A DNA stretch of 64,000 nucleotides from Diplonema japonicum (GCA_964019335.1 OZ025722.1:1-64000), one strand, 5' to 3'; shown: positions 19,159 to 31,440, counted from the first letter of the stretch. A program made the numbers and translations. Notes: generated from the sequence alone by a model not told the origin.

Positions 19159-19405
19159 CAGCTCCCCCATACATTCCCTTCCAACACATACTCGTATTCG
19201 GGATCCAGCCCCTTGAACAGCTTCATCGTCGTTGTCCTCGATGCCATGCTAACCACGCACAGGTGTTCCCAACAGCTCTTCACCCTAAGCCTGCCAACTT
19301 TTATGGACAATTTCGCCTGCTGCCATTCTTTCGACCCGTTCACGAACTGCATGCCGCACACCCTCGACATGGTCTTCCACACCATCTCGTCGAACCTGTG
19401 CATGA
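19159..19405 (-). pseudogene. Diverged fragment of the same CRE-like retrotransposon family (post-RT region)
   Basis: MHRFDEMVWKTMSRVCGMQFVNGSKEWQQAKLSIKVG aligns with the element at about 4242-4488. Confidence 0.9.
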
Positions 19406-20542
19406 TATTTCCACATGCGTTGGGGATTTGAGATGAGTCAGATGATCTGCCGCATGTGAAGAACCGCTTCTCACGTTTTGACGAACGTCATTACTGTGAA
19501 CCACTCCCGACGGGTTCCGTCTTGTCTCCTTCAACTGGAGGCTTTCATGCACCACATTTTCTGATCGCGGTAGGCTTGGGTGTTCACTCGATGGAGCGTC
19601 ACCTGCAACACAACGAAATACAGGCTGCTTCCTCTTTTTACCATGTTCACTGAAGGTGCGGTGAAGAGTAGACAATAAGTGGCAATGTAATAAACGTTAA
19701 AAGGGCACCTGCCTACACAAAAGGAAAGTGATTGTTTGTAGAAAACTAAATACGTGGGGGGTCGGAATTGACAGGCTGATGGCGCTGCGATCCATAGGAG
19801 CGGTGCGGTGACTGCATTGCAGGCGCATCGGTGGTAACTCACGACATCAAGTAAGAGGGAAGGTGTGAAGATTTGAAATAAGTGTGACCAGTGTTTGAAA
19901 ACAGGAGAACGCAAGTTAAAATAAATGGAAGATTTAGCAGGAATAGGCTAAAAATCGCCTTTCTTGCCTTTTTTTCTCATTTGTATTTTCTTTTTTTTTT
20001 CTTTTTTTTCTTTTTTTTCTTTTTTTTTTTTTTTTTTTTTTGTCTCAAACAATGCCATGCAAGTGCGACATGTGCTTAAAGTGAAGTGAAAGGGAGAAGA
20101 AGAATTCCTTCTGTAGGGCGATACCATATCTTCCGGTATAGTGGTGAAAAGGACAAATAGAAAGGGAAAAGACGTTGTGGATTTCGTTTTTTTTTTTTTT
20201 TTTTTTTTTTTTTTTGATCGAGCCAGCAGCAGCACATGTTCACTTTACAGGTTCACTTTTTCTTTTCCTTTCGTGCTTGTTCACTGTAAGTGTTGGTCGG
20301 TCATTCTACAGCCGGACCACTCAGCAGAGGCTGCCTTCTCGAGAGGTGTCAAGGGCTAGGTGGGGAAACAACTGTCATTAGAAACTATTAATTACTTCTG
20401 GCAGTATCACACAAAGTAGCGAGACCTTCCCCTTCTGAGGACGTCTTGCAAGCAAATATCACTACGGCAAGCAGCCAAAGGGCTTTGGATAGGGAAATAG
20501 AGACAGCACACATTTGGCCGGTACTTAAAAATGGAGCTTAAA

Positions 20543-20575
<33 letters not shown>

Positions 20576-20592
20576 AAAAACACGGTTCCACA

Positions 20593-23500
20593 CTAGTAGT
20601 CGGTGCGCAAGGACTCTTTGCACCGTCTGATGTCAGCCAGAACGGAGTCCGGCAACAGGAACGGCTCACAGGTGGTGTTGCCACCAACGAAAACGCCGGC
20701 GACGGGGGGGAATGCCTTTGAGGGTGGGTCGCCTTTTGTCAGGCCTCGGTGGCTTGTGGTAACTGCTGTAAGATCGAACGCAACAAGCTCCTCCTTGCTC
20801 CAGCCCGACTCCGGCGACCTGTAGAACACTGCCCAGCACTGCACACCGTACTGTGCGGGCTCCTCAACAATCTTCACTTTGTTGTAGCCCAGCTCGACGA
20901 CTGTGCGTGCAGTACTCGCGACAAACCAATCCCCCTTCAGAGCCACATGGACAGGAACCTCCTTCATTCTTCCGCGCCCGCCCCAGTCGGAGGCCCTCTG
21001 GAGCCATTGCATTACAGCCCCCACCTCGTCGACACCAAGGGGCGACTCCGTGACAGGCAACGGGTTGAACATGGTTGCGCTCTCAGGAACTGTGATTTTG
21101 AACTCGCCAGCCGCTAGTGGGTGCGACACTGGAGTATTAAACACTGGGCTGCTCAGCTTGTGGTGCTCGTAGTTCTCGTCTCTCTGCACTATGCGATAGC
21201 ACACCTCGAGGCGCACAGTGTGAGTCCCAGCACCAGTATCGAAGAGCTTCCTATTAAGCCTCTGGCTTGCGAGCTCCCAGTCGTCAGGACTGTTATCAAG
21301 TATCGTGGCATCTGGCCTCTGTGCCCACACCTTCACAGTAGTCTGCTGTGTCCACCAGTTGGTCTTCCCGCCCTTCCTGAAGTCGAAGTACCCGAGTGCA
21401 CCGTCAGGCTCGCCAGGCTTCACAATCTGCTTCCCGTTGATGTAGCCGAAAACAAGCATTTCAAGGACGTGCTTCGATGTGATCTTGTCTTCCCCGTACA
21501 CGGGGTTCTTTTTCTCATCATTCGTGACACCAACTGCGTAGCACGAGAGCGGCAAATCCCAGAAGGCTCTCCCGTGGATCGTGTCGCCATACGTGAAAGC
21601 GTCGGCAAACCCTGCCTCCTCCTTCTTGTTAGGCTGTTGATGGATGACGTTCTTAGAGAATACAATCTTGTGGTGGAACTGCTTTGTGTCGTTCGTATCG
21701 ACCTTAGAGCTCCTGGCCGCTACGCCAGAGTTGGGACCCAACTTGATCGGGACAGCTGTCGGTACCCAGACATCGGGGTCATCAGAGGACTCAATAACGT
21801 CCAGGTCCTGCATCACGAATTTCTTGCTCTCTTCCTTGCGGCAAGCACGGTCGTGGTTGTACCTGTTTTCTGTCATCTCGGCCCACCTGCGCATTGCCTC
21901 AGCATATGCCTTCGGGTACTTTTGGAGTGCCTTCTGGTAAAGTTTGGCATTTTTTATGTCCATGTGATGAATGCACATCTGTTCCACGCAGTGCCTCACA
22001 TGCCTGATGATGGCGTCTTCGTGTGTGGCATCCCACATCTTCTCGCACTCCTCCTTGCCAGGGAAGTCTTCACATTTGTAAGTGCCCTTCATGATGTCGA
22101 TTGAAGTGCGAGCTCGGTTTTCAAGACGGAAGATGTAGTCCCATGCTTCATAATCGGCTACGTGGGAGATATTACTCCCGAAGTGCACGTCGTGCTTGCA
22201 AGGGCAGGTACCTACTTTGCTGAAAGACTTAGACTGTTTCTGTGCAAAAATAGACATCATCATCAGGCTGCCTAAGTCATTTGACATTTTGTCAAGGGTT
22301 TTCCAGAAGTGCTTCATGTTCGTCCACATTTTTCTAAACTTGTCGTACCCTTCCCACAGTTCAATGACAAGTGGGTACTCAGGGGCCGTGTCCTTCATCT
22401 GCTGCAGAGTTCTTGAAGGTCCGTCAACAGTCATGTTCTTACACATGCTTTCGACGGTCTGCACAGGGTACAATGCCGTTTCGATCTGGAATGCACCCAT
22501 GCCAATCCCACCCGACAGCGCCTTCTCGTAGTTGATCTTGTTCACGATTTTAACAGCGGCCTTCACCTCTTTGTTGATCGTAGAGACCTCGTCGTTGTAC
22601 TTCCTGAGGTACTTGAAGAGCGAAGCCTTAATATCAGGAGTGATGTCCACGCTCTGCAGCTCAGGTGCTTTCGTTTCATGAAAGTCGCAGAAGTTTCTCA
22701 CAAACGCAATAACGCTTTTTCCATCTTTCTTAGAAGGGGCGCTTGAGCCCTGCCCTTCCGTGGTAACCACGTTCACTTCGGCAGTTATGTCGCGTTTAAA
22801 CCACCGGGTACCGAGGTTTTGCAAGCGTTCAGCACATGAAACGGCGAGGGGAAGCTTTCTGTGCAAAGAAGAAGCTTCCAACAGGCATTTACTGATGTCC
22901 AGAGCGTTGTTGAAAAGATCCTCACACTCCTTCTTTTTCAGGCCACCCATGTACGCAGTGGCAGTCTCCAGCAGCGTGTTTACTGCGTTCACAGTAGTCT
23001 GCACGTCGTGCTCGAGGAACCTCTTGGCGAAGACGGACTCCGCCTCTTCAACTTCTTGTAAGTACTTTGGTGTATCTTCCAGCATTAGCATTAGTGGCTG
23101 CTTCCCAAGCGAAGCAATCACATCTTTTGCGTTCTGCAGAGCAGCAGCAGCCAATGTCTTGTGTGTCTCATCGGACAGCTGCGCGAGGTATGCCCTACCT
23201 TTCCTGATGAGCTTGTCTGCCTCATCACCAGTGAGCTTCGTTGCGAGCTTTGTCCTGAAATCACCACTACGGGCTTTCCAGTCTTTGACGAAGTCCACGG
23301 CAGCCGTGTCGCCTTCGAACTTCCTATCGCTTTCCAGCCTGCATATGACCCCTTCGCCCTTCTCCAGTTCGTCACAGCAGACATCGTACACTTGCTTCTC
23401 GAAGTTGCTCACCGCACTTTTCAAGTGACCGTCTGCTTCTTCTTGTATCTTCTTCAAAACATCTGCAGCCACCTTTTCCTTGTATGTGTCCTTCATTATT

Positions 23501-26500
23501 TGCACGCGACTCGCGAAGTTCGTGCAGAATTCTGCAACATTGCAAAGCGTACTATACTTCGCACAAACCTTTCCGCATGTTGTGTCACCGTCCTGGAACA
23601 GAAGCTTCGCATCGTCGATGGCTGTCCACATCAACATCATACCTTCGTCAAGCCACTCGACAGGTGGGTACTTGGCGAACAGGTACTCTGCAGACTTCAA
23701 CGAGCCTTCCACTTGGTGTACAACTTCATTGGCCTCGTCTTTGCATGTAGCATCGATGTAGCACTTCTCGAGTTGCCCCTTGCGCACAGTGTAGTCCGAA
23801 AGGGCAGCAGCCACTTCAGGAATGTCAACAAATTGTGGGTTACATTGAAGTTCCTCAGAGTGGGAAGCGGCTGCCTGCAAGAACTCCATCGCCTCGTCGT
23901 AGAATTGACGCGGAGGGCCCTGTTTCATCCTTGCCTCTGCGTTGCTGAGTGCTGTGGACAAGTCCCTGGTGATAGCTTGTACGGCGTCCTGCAAGGTCTT
24001 CGTAATGTACTCCTTCTGCAGTGCTTCGACCTGTTTACCGTATGTGTCTTGGAAGGAAAGAAGCTCCTGTTTCCCGATAAAACGTGTGTCGTTACACATC
24101 TGTGCGTACTGCTGCTGTGCCTCCGCTACCTTGGCCAAAGCATCATCGAAGAACTCCACAGGCGGGCCACGCTTCATACACGAGGTGGCTGCAGCGAGCA
24201 GGTCTTTGATAGAGTAAATATGAGTGTTGAGGTCGTTAATCGTGACGTTCGTGAAGTATGAAGCTGTCATTTGCTGTTTCGCGTCCTCGTACTCCTTCAA
24301 AAAGGCCTTGGTGTCAGGATGCTCCTTCACACGCTGTTCTGTGAATTGTTCAGCAATCAGTTCGCCAACTTCAGAAAGCTTTTCCATTCCTTGGTTCCAC
24401 CATGCCACGGGAGGACCTTTTTTGAAATCGCCCTGGGCCTCTCTCAACTTGGAGCGGCAAGTGTAGACAGCATTGTGAACGGCCACACCCAGTGTCGCGT
24501 CGTTGTACAAGGTGTACACATTGTCACGCCTTTCATCCCACGAAGAGAGGAAGGTCTGGATACACGGCACACCGAGAAACCTTGTCTTCAAGCGCAGCGC
24601 AGACACAAGGCCCTCTGTTGCCTGCATGCCTGCCATGCCGTCGTCGTAGAGTGTGTCGCTCATATTTCTATCAGTTTCAGAGAGCTTGTTCGTGATCTCT
24701 GACAATGCCTCTTCAGCGTCGATGATAAGGGTCTGCTCTCGGTACTTCATTAGAAGGCCTGCGGTGCGTTCTTCCATCTCCTTCACAAAAGCTGCATACA
24801 AGGCCTGGTTGTGGAATTTGCTCTCTGTCTGCAGGCGGCTTGCGAAAACCTCTTTTGCCTCTTGCAGTTTCTGCATTGCTTCGTCGTGCCACGATCGAGG
24901 GGGGCCTTTCGCGAATGTGGTCTCTGCGTCTCGGAGTAGATTTTGCACCTCCGTGATTGAATCCTTCAGGCTGTTCTCCAGTGTCTTGATGCCGTAACTT
25001 ATGCGCAGTGTAGCGGCCCTGTTCACAAAGTCCGTCTTGAATGCAAGCACCCTTTCGTCTCCAGCAAATTTCGAACTAAACAGCTTCTTCTCAGCGAGGT
25101 CGTCGGCTGCATCCAAGTGCTCCATCGCTTCATCCCACCACGACGCAGGCGGGCCCTTTTTAAACTTATCCTCGGCAGTGCGGAGTTCGTTCGTCACGTC
25201 ACTAACTTGGCTTTCGATTTGCGTCTTTACGACCATTTCGTGGTACTGCTTCTTGAGATCTTCAGATCGTCTGTGGAACTCCTCGAAAGTCGATCCCAGG
25301 GATGGCTGATCAAGGAACTTGGCATCCCTGAGTGTTGTTAGGTGCTCGCTTGCGTGTTCCAGCTCCACCATTGCATCTTCTGCCCACGAGACAGGTGGTG
25401 CCTTCGACATCATTGATTCGGCGGAAGAAAGTGCCGATTTCATCTCTCTGGTCTTGTCTATGAACTCATCTGTCAACACCTTTGAAGAGTAGTTATCTCT
25501 GATCTTGGAGCTACGAAGCTTGTAGTCTCTCACTGCTTCAGCTGCAGGAAGGTACCCCTTAAACCTGCTTGTTGCAAGCTTCTTAACAGCGCCGTCTGCC
25601 TTCTCCAGCTCAACCAGTGCCTCGTCCCACCACGACTTCGGGGGGCCCTTCGCAAACTTGTCCTCCGCCATGTGCAGGTTGCCCCTCAGGTCTTCGTTGA
25701 TGCTGCGGAACTCGCCAGACAGCACTTGCTCTTCAAACGTTGCCTGCAGAGCCTGTGTCCTTTCGGTATGCTGTTGCAGCGCTTCGTTTTTCTCAGCCAT
25801 TCCTTCGAACTTCGGAGAGCGCAGAGTCACCACATGTTCTTCTGCTTTCTCAAGTTCTTCCATAGCCTCCTCCGCCCACGACACAGGGGGGGCCTTCGAC
25901 ATCTTCGACTCTGCTGTTCCAAGAACAGAGTTTAATTCGTACACTGTGTCAGACAAATCACGCTCCGTTCTTTTAACAGCAAATGTAGAGCGTACAACAG
26001 CTGCCCGTTGCTTGTAGTCATCACGTGCGGTAACGACTTCAGTCAATGTGTCGAACATCTCGGCACGCAACTCCGACGCCTTGAGCTCTGCTTCTTCCAA
26101 CGAGTCAAGGGCCACGTCCCACCAGTGTGGGTCACCGTGGGTCATGTGTTGCTCAGCCTCGTTCAGCTTCCCTTTCATCTCATGCAGCAACTCGCTGGAC
26201 TTGCGCTTCGCATAGTGCTCTACAAAGTCCGCACGAAGCTTCTGTTCCTTCTCCTGGAGCATGGTTCTGGTTGCTTGAGCATCAGGATTGCGATCGTATT
26301 TTGGATGAAAGAGGGGGTCGGCCGTCCTGATAGCTTGCTCGAGATGTTCCAAGCCCTCCTCGGCCCACTGCAAGTGCTGCGGTGCTTTCGCCATTTTGGT
26401 TTCGGCATCACGCAAACAACAGTTCACATCGTATATCAATGTCTTGAGACTGTCCGCCGCTATCTTCTCTGCGTAGTCGCTTTTCATTGCTCTGCTTTTG

Positions 26501-27906
26501 ATCTTGAAGTTCCTTAGGGTGTCCTGCACTTTCTGCACGGGATAGTACTTAGGGTCGAACAGCGGCTTCAGAGCTTCTGTAGCTTCATCAAGATCCTCCA
26601 TGGCTTCGTCCCACCACTGCTTGGACCCCTGTTTGATCTTTCTTTGAGCGTTATCCCACTTCAGATTGAAGGTCCACATAGAGTCCTCTGCTTCCTTCTC
26701 CAAGACGAAGGCCATGGCACCATTGCGCACGGTTGTAGCTTTTGTAGCAAAGCTTTCCAGTGCTTCCTTCACACTGTCGACACCCTCGAACTTTGGGTCC
26801 AGCATCTTAGCTCTGTGCTCCTCGGCTTCCTCAAGCTTCTGCATAGCTTCCGTGGCCCAGCAGCGACCCTTATTGAGGAAGCTCACGGCTGCATCGATAC
26901 TAGACTTCATCTCGTACAGCCCTTTCTTCACAAGGTCGTTCATGGCGAGGAGTGTATAGCTCGCCTTTAGCTTCTCAGAGCGTTCCACATAGTTGTCCAG
27001 TGCCTTTTTCACAGCGGGGATTTCCTTGTATTTGGCTTCCTGTAGACGAGAAAGAGCCCCCGCTGCTTTCTCAAGTTCTTCCAGTGCTTCCTCAGCCCAC
27101 GACATGGGTAAAGCTTTTTTCATCTTGTACTCAGCGTTGTCCAAGATGCTCTTCAGGGAACGAATCTCGCCGTCGACTTCGTTCATCACCACGTTCTCGA
27201 CGTACTTCTGGCGGAGATCTGCTACCCTCACTTTGAAGCCTTCCATGCACTCGGCAACAGAAGATAGACAGCTGTACTTTTCATCACATAGCTGGTTCAT
27301 TGGTTCCTCAGCCTTTTCTAGTTCTTCCATGGCGTCATCCCACCAGGATTTGGGAGGGCCCTTCTTGAACATGCTTTCCGCGCTGTTCAGCTTGCTGCGC
27401 ACCTCCCTCTGCAGGTCATCTACTTCATCCCCTAGAACCTTGCAAGCATACTCCGAGCGGAGAGCAGTGGCACGAGCAACGAATGTTGCGATGGCTTCAA
27501 CGGCTTCCTTGATGTCTGTGAACTTTGGTTCCCTCAACTTTGAGATGACCTCCTCAGCCTGATCAAGGTCTTCCATTGCTTCGTCCCACCAGGATTTGGG
27601 AGGGCCTTGTTTGAACTTCCTTTCTGCATTCCTCAAATGCAGCATCATGTCGTCAGCAGTGTCGTCCGCTTCAAATGCAAGTTGTGCAGCTTTGTGCATG
27701 GCATCCACGGCACCTAAGCGCTGTGTGTACTGTGATAGGAATTCAGAAGCACCGTCAAAGGACTTGAGCTGCCCTTCTGCGTCCCTTGCATCTTGCAGCC
27801 ATTCTAAACCCGAAGCCAACTCAGCTCTGCCAGGATTATTCGAAAGCTTCCTCTCTGCTTGGTCAAGGCAGTCTTCTATGTCAGCCCAGCACCTGCTGAG
27901 ATCCAT
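20593..27906 (-). CDS. 2437-aa protein with about 18 helical ~76-aa repeats and an unrecognised C-terminal globular region
   Basis: Long uninterrupted ORF; recurring F-x-K-G-P-P-x-S-W-W-D-E-A-M-E-x-L motif. Confidence 0.88.
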   Translation of the reverse strand: MDLSRCWADIEDCLDQAERKLSNNPGRAELASGLEWLQDARDAEGQLKSFDGASEFLSQYTQRLGAVDAMHKAAQLAFEADDTADDMMLHLRNAERKFKQGPPKSWWDEAMEDLDQAEEVISKLREPKFTDIKEAVEAIATFVARATALRSEYACKVLGDEVDDLQREVRSKLNSAESMFKKGPPKSWWDDAMEELEKAEEPMNQLCDEKYSCLSSVAECMEGFKVRVADLRQKYVENVVMNEVDGEIRSLKSILDNAEYKMKKALPMSWAEEALEELEKAAGALSRLQEAKYKEIPAVKKALDNYVERSEKLKASYTLLAMNDLVKKGLYEMKSSIDAAVSFLNKGRCWATEAMQKLEEAEEHRAKMLDPKFEGVDSVKEALESFATKATTVRNGAMAFVLEKEAEDSMWTFNLKWDNAQRKIKQGSKQWWDEAMEDLDEATEALKPLFDPKYYPVQKVQDTLRNFKIKSRAMKSDYAEKIAADSLKTLIYDVNCCLRDAETKMAKAPQHLQWAEEGLEHLEQAIRTADPLFHPKYDRNPDAQATRTMLQEKEQKLRADFVEHYAKRKSSELLHEMKGKLNEAEQHMTHGDPHWWDVALDSLEEAELKASELRAEMFDTLTEVVTARDDYKQRAAVVRSTFAVKRTERDLSDTVYELNSVLGTAESKMSKAPPVSWAEEAMEELEKAEEHVVTLRSPKFEGMAEKNEALQQHTERTQALQATFEEQVLSGEFRSINEDLRGNLHMAEDKFAKGPPKSWWDEALVELEKADGAVKKLATSRFKGYLPAAEAVRDYKLRSSKIRDNYSSKVLTDEFIDKTREMKSALSSAESMMSKAPPVSWAEDAMVELEHASEHLTTLRDAKFLDQPSLGSTFEEFHRRSEDLKKQYHEMVVKTQIESQVSDVTNELRTAEDKFKKGPPASWWDEAMEHLDAADDLAEKKLFSSKFAGDERVLAFKTDFVNRAATLRISYGIKTLENSLKDSITEVQNLLRDAETTFAKGPPRSWHDEAMQKLQEAKEVFASRLQTESKFHNQALYAAFVKEMEERTAGLLMKYREQTLIIDAEEALSEITNKLSETDRNMSDTLYDDGMAGMQATEGLVSALRLKTRFLGVPCIQTFLSSWDERRDNVYTLYNDATLGVAVHNAVYTCRSKLREAQGDFKKGPPVAWWNQGMEKLSEVGELIAEQFTEQRVKEHPDTKAFLKEYEDAKQQMTASYFTNVTINDLNTHIYSIKDLLAAATSCMKRGPPVEFFDDALAKVAEAQQQYAQMCNDTRFIGKQELLSFQDTYGKQVEALQKEYITKTLQDAVQAITRDLSTALSNAEARMKQGPPRQFYDEAMEFLQAAASHSEELQCNPQFVDIPEVAAALSDYTVRKGQLEKCYIDATCKDEANEVVHQVEGSLKSAEYLFAKYPPVEWLDEGMMLMWTAIDDAKLLFQDGDTTCGKVCAKYSTLCNVAEFCTNFASRVQIMKDTYKEKVAADVLKKIQEEADGHLKSAVSNFEKQVYDVCCDELEKGEGVICRLESDRKFEGDTAAVDFVKDWKARSGDFRTKLATKLTGDEADKLIRKGRAYLAQLSDETHKTLAAAALQNAKDVIASLGKQPLMLMLEDTPKYLQEVEEAESVFAKRFLEHDVQTTVNAVNTLLETATAYMGGLKKKECEDLFNNALDISKCLLEASSLHRKLPLAVSCAERLQNLGTRWFKRDITAEVNVVTTEGQGSSAPSKKDGKSVIAFVRNFCDFHETKAPELQSVDITPDIKASLFKYLRKYNDEVSTINKEVKAAVKIVNKINYEKALSGGIGMGAFQIETALYPVQTVESMCKNMTVDGPSRTLQQMKDTAPEYPLVIELWEGYDKFRKMWTNMKHFWKTLDKMSNDLGSLMMMSIFAQKQSKSFSKVGTCPCKHDVHFGSNISHVADYEAWDYIFRLENRARTSIDIMKGTYKCEDFPGKEECEKMWDATHEDAIIRHVRHCVEQMCIHHMDIKNAKLYQKALQKYPKAYAEAMRRWAEMTENRYNHDRACRKEESKKFVMQDLDVIESSDDPDVWVPTAVPIKLGPNSGVAARSSKVDTNDTKQFHHKIVFSKNVIHQQPNKKEEAGFADAFTYGDTIHGRAFWDLPLSCYAVGVTNDEKKNPVYGEDKITSKHVLEMLVFGYINGKQIVKPGEPDGALGYFDFRKGGKTNWWTQQTTVKVWAQRPDATILDNSPDDWELASQRLNRKLFDTGAGTHTVRLEVCYRIVQRDENYEHHKLSSPVFNTPVSHPLAAGEFKITVPESATMFNPLPVTESPLGVDEVGAVMQWLQRASDWGGRGRMKEVPVHVALKGDWFVASTARTVVELGYNKVKIVEEPAQYGVQCWAVFYRSPESGWSKEELVAFDLTAVTTSHRGLTKGDPPSKAFPPVAGVFVGGNTTCEPFLLPDSVLADIRRCKESLRTDY

Positions 27907-28193
27907 ATGAATGCTAGTTAAACCCTGTTATGATTTAAATGGATGAACCATGAATGAAATAAATATAAGAGATGGGATGAGCCCACCACAGCAAGGGTGT
28001 CCTTAAGGACATAAGATTCGCTCATGCAGTTTGTTGCCTGTTCGTCACCCTGAACAGTTGGTGGCACCCTGCACAAGAACTGTCTACTTGATTACAGGGG
28101 GTGCACCGCAGCCGGGTTGTAGCTTCTTCTGCATTCCACGTCGTGTCCTTAATGTGTGTGGTGTGCAGCTCAACCCCAGCCAGGGCGACCCAC

Positions 28194-29142
28194 CAGTGAT
28201 GGGTGAATCCTAATTAGGACTAGACCGGACTGGACCGGACCGGATCCGGCGTGAATTTCAACCCAATTATGCCGGACTGACCGGACTGACCAGACTGGAC
28301 CGGACTGGACCAGACCGGACCAGACTGGACTGGACTGGACTGAACCGGACTGGACAAGATACAACCACAACACCACATCCCCCCCTTTTTTTTGCTGCAG
28401 AGTTCAAACGTATAAACAGATGTCTACAAGAAAAGATGTTACACAGGTACTGAGAGACGACAACAACAACAACAACAACGAGAAACGAAGAGGAAAAAAA
28501 AAAAAAAAAGGTAAGGAATTCCCTGTTCCGCCAAGTTCTGGTTCCACTGGTTCCGCCGTTCCACCAAGCTCCGACTTTTCAGTTTGGCGGAAGGGAACGG
28601 AACGACCCACTGCATGAGCAGAATCTGGTTACCTGGGACGCCCCGGCAGGGGTTGAACTGAACACCGCACACATTAAGGACACGACACGGAACGCAGAAG
28701 AAGCTGTGGTGTACCCCCTGTAATCAAGTAGTCTTGTGCAGGTCCTTTAACTCATATATCTCTCACCACGGCTGGGTTGTAGCTTCTTCTGCGTTCCACG
28801 TCGATCACCACAGCCGGGTTACATCCAAATACAACATTTCCAGACATGTGTACATACCTGCAGCTGCAGTGCACTGGAGTAGATAGGTGCAAATGGCTTG
28901 ATGGAGCTGTGCATATCTGTGGTACAAAGAAGAAGAAGAAGAAAAAAAAAAAAAAAAAGGAAAAAAAAAATCATTGTCCAAAAATATTTGAAAAAAAAGT
29001 GTTTGCAGGTGTCAAAAATTGCAGAAAATTTTCGAGTCCAGTCAGTCCAGCCGATCCGGTCAGTCTGGCCGATCCAGTCAGTCCAGTCAGTCCGGTCAGT
29101 CTGGTAAATTGGGTACACTGGACCGGACCGGATTCACCCCTG
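28194..29142 (+). mobile_element. CAGTG-ended non-autonomous DNA element, copy 1 (right TIR damaged)
   Basis: Starts CAGTGATGGGTGAATCC; GGACC/GGACT subterminal repeats; inverted homologue of both ends of 33843-35914. Confidence 0.7.
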
Positions 29143-30046
29143 CATGGTGGAACAGGGAATTCCTTACCTAATTTTTTTTTTTTTTTTTTTTTTTGCCCTT
29201 TTTTTTTCATTTATTTCACTCTTCAGAAATTACTTCACACACTGGGGGCCCCATTACTTCACGCTAAATCTCATTTTTTTTTTTTAAATAAACCTCTTTT
29301 TTTTTTTGGCTGGCCAAGCCCTCTCCTTTCTTTTTCTCCCTCCCTGGCCTTGGGTAGGGGTAGGGTGGGTGGGGCCCGGGTGGGTGAAAGTGAAGAGGAG
29401 CGAAAAAAGGGTACACAAGTCTATCCTGGCTTGCTTTTCTTTAACAGATGCTTTGCTCACTTTTAGGTAGGGGGGTGAGCAACTCATACCGCACATTTGC
29501 AGGGTCTTTATCTACAAGTTTTGCCTTGGGTTACGTTTTTTCTTTTTTTTTTTTCTTTCTTCTTTCTTCTTTTTTTTTCCTTTTTTTTTTTTTTTTCCCT
29601 TCTGGGGGTGGGGTTGTGTCAAACATGGGTAATATTTGGGTATTGTTAAATAAGGTTGCTGCTCACTGTTTCTTTTCTCTTTCTTTTCTTTTTTCTTTGT
29701 TCCTTTCTTTTTTTCTCTTTTTGGCACTCTTCTTATTTCACACTTGTTCTCTTTTTTTTCCTCTTCTTCTTTTTCTGGGGGTAAATGAGTTGTTTGGGTA
29801 AATGGGATTAGATAAGGCTGCTGCTCACAAACTTTCTTTTTTTTTCTTCCTCTTTCTTCTCTTCATGGCACTCTTCTTATCTGTATTTATATTCCTACAC
29901 TTGTTCTCTTTTTTTCTTTTCCCTTTTCTTTTTCTTTTCTCATTTGTCCTGTTCATCCCATTAATTATCTCAATTCTCACACTATTTCCTTTCTTTTTGT
30001 TCTCTGTTCCTGTTTTTTTTTCTCTTTTTTTTCTTTACTATTCTAT

Positions 30047-31020
30047 TTACTTCTGCTGCTGGTCCTGTGTGATTATCTCTTTGATTGAACTGAAGAGGTC
30101 TGTGGTCTGCTGTGGTTTTTCATGGAGTGCCTCTGCAAGGCCTTTGGCTCCCAGTTCTGCCCTCCCTGCTGCAGTACCCTTGCAGCTCATCACCAGGTGG
30201 TTCAGGGTGCAGTGCTTCATGCCACACAGCTGACATGGCTTTTGCTTCAGACCCTCACGGTAGTCCTTCAGCCAATTGATGCAGACTTTGGCTTTCCTGC
30301 CCAAGCTGTTTGTCTTTGGGGGTTCCTTGCCCTTTGTCAGCTTCTGGTAGGCTGTCTGCTTGTCCAGCTCTGCATCAATCCTGTCTTTCACACATTTCCA
30401 GAGCTTGTTTTTCACTGCTCCAAGGCTCACTGGCTGCCTCTGTTGTTCCTTCACACCCACCACTGCCAGCCTGTCAGCCACTTCATTCTCTGCAATACCA
30501 CAGTGACTTGGGATGTACCACAGTGAGGGTTGCTCCCTTGCCTTTCAGAAGCCACCACAGCTGTGTCCAGATTCCCACCATTGTGTCCTCTCTCTGCCTT
30601 GTTGGCCCTTGTTTCAGTTTTTGCAAGGCTGAAAGTGAGTTGGTGAGGATGTTGATGTGGGCCCTGGTTTCGCTGTTATCTTGCAGTGCTTGAGTGCAAT
30701 CTCCAGGGCTGTCAGCTCTGCCTGGCAGCTGTCACCATATTGGCATGAGTCTCTGATCAGGTACACCTCACTCCCTGCAGTGGTCTGGACATAGGCTCCT
30801 GCACCACCTTGTTCTGCATCCACAGATCCGTCTGTGTACATGGTGATGTCAGCTTTGGGCAGCTTTGTGCATGCCTTGCCCTTCTGTTCCAACATCCAGT
30901 TGTGCCAGCAGACTCCACTCCCATGGGGGAAAGGGTGACAAGTTGTGAAGAGGTGCTCTTTTGTACTTCTTCAATTTGTTCTCATTGATTGCCCTGCTCC
31001 TTGCCTCATGCCTGTTTCCA
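30047..31020 (-). pseudogene. Ingi/L1Tc-like non-LTR retrotransposon 3' fragment (RNase H and zinc knuckle)
   Basis: YTDGS, AELTAL, ILTNSLSAL, HCGIAENEVADRLA across frameshifts; CQLC...H...C; A-rich tail downstream on minus. Confidence 0.82.
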
Positions 31021-31140
31021 TGAAGTAATAGGGGGTTTCTGTTAAATAATATGCCAGTTTTTGCCTTGGTTCAGTTCCCAGTGGGGCTACTTTTTCCTCT
31101 CAGTTTGTCAATTTCCCCCCAGGTTCACCTCAATTGGCCA

Positions 31141-31403
31141 AGTTGTAGCTTTTTGTGTTCCATGTCATTTCCTTAGTCACAATGGCTGGACAGCCAGGTT
31201 GTAGCTTCTTCTGCATTCTGTGTTGTGTCCTTAATGTGTGTGGTGTTCAGCTCAACCCTAGCCAGGGTGCCCCAGGTAACTAAGATTCTGTGCTTGTGTG
31301 GTTTGCTCAGTGATGACAGATGAGAAGGTCAACAGTGAACAACACATCTGATGTTTTTCTTATATTTTCATGTTATCCCCACCACCTGAAAAAGAAAGAT
31401 AAA

Positions 31404-31440
<37 letters not shown>

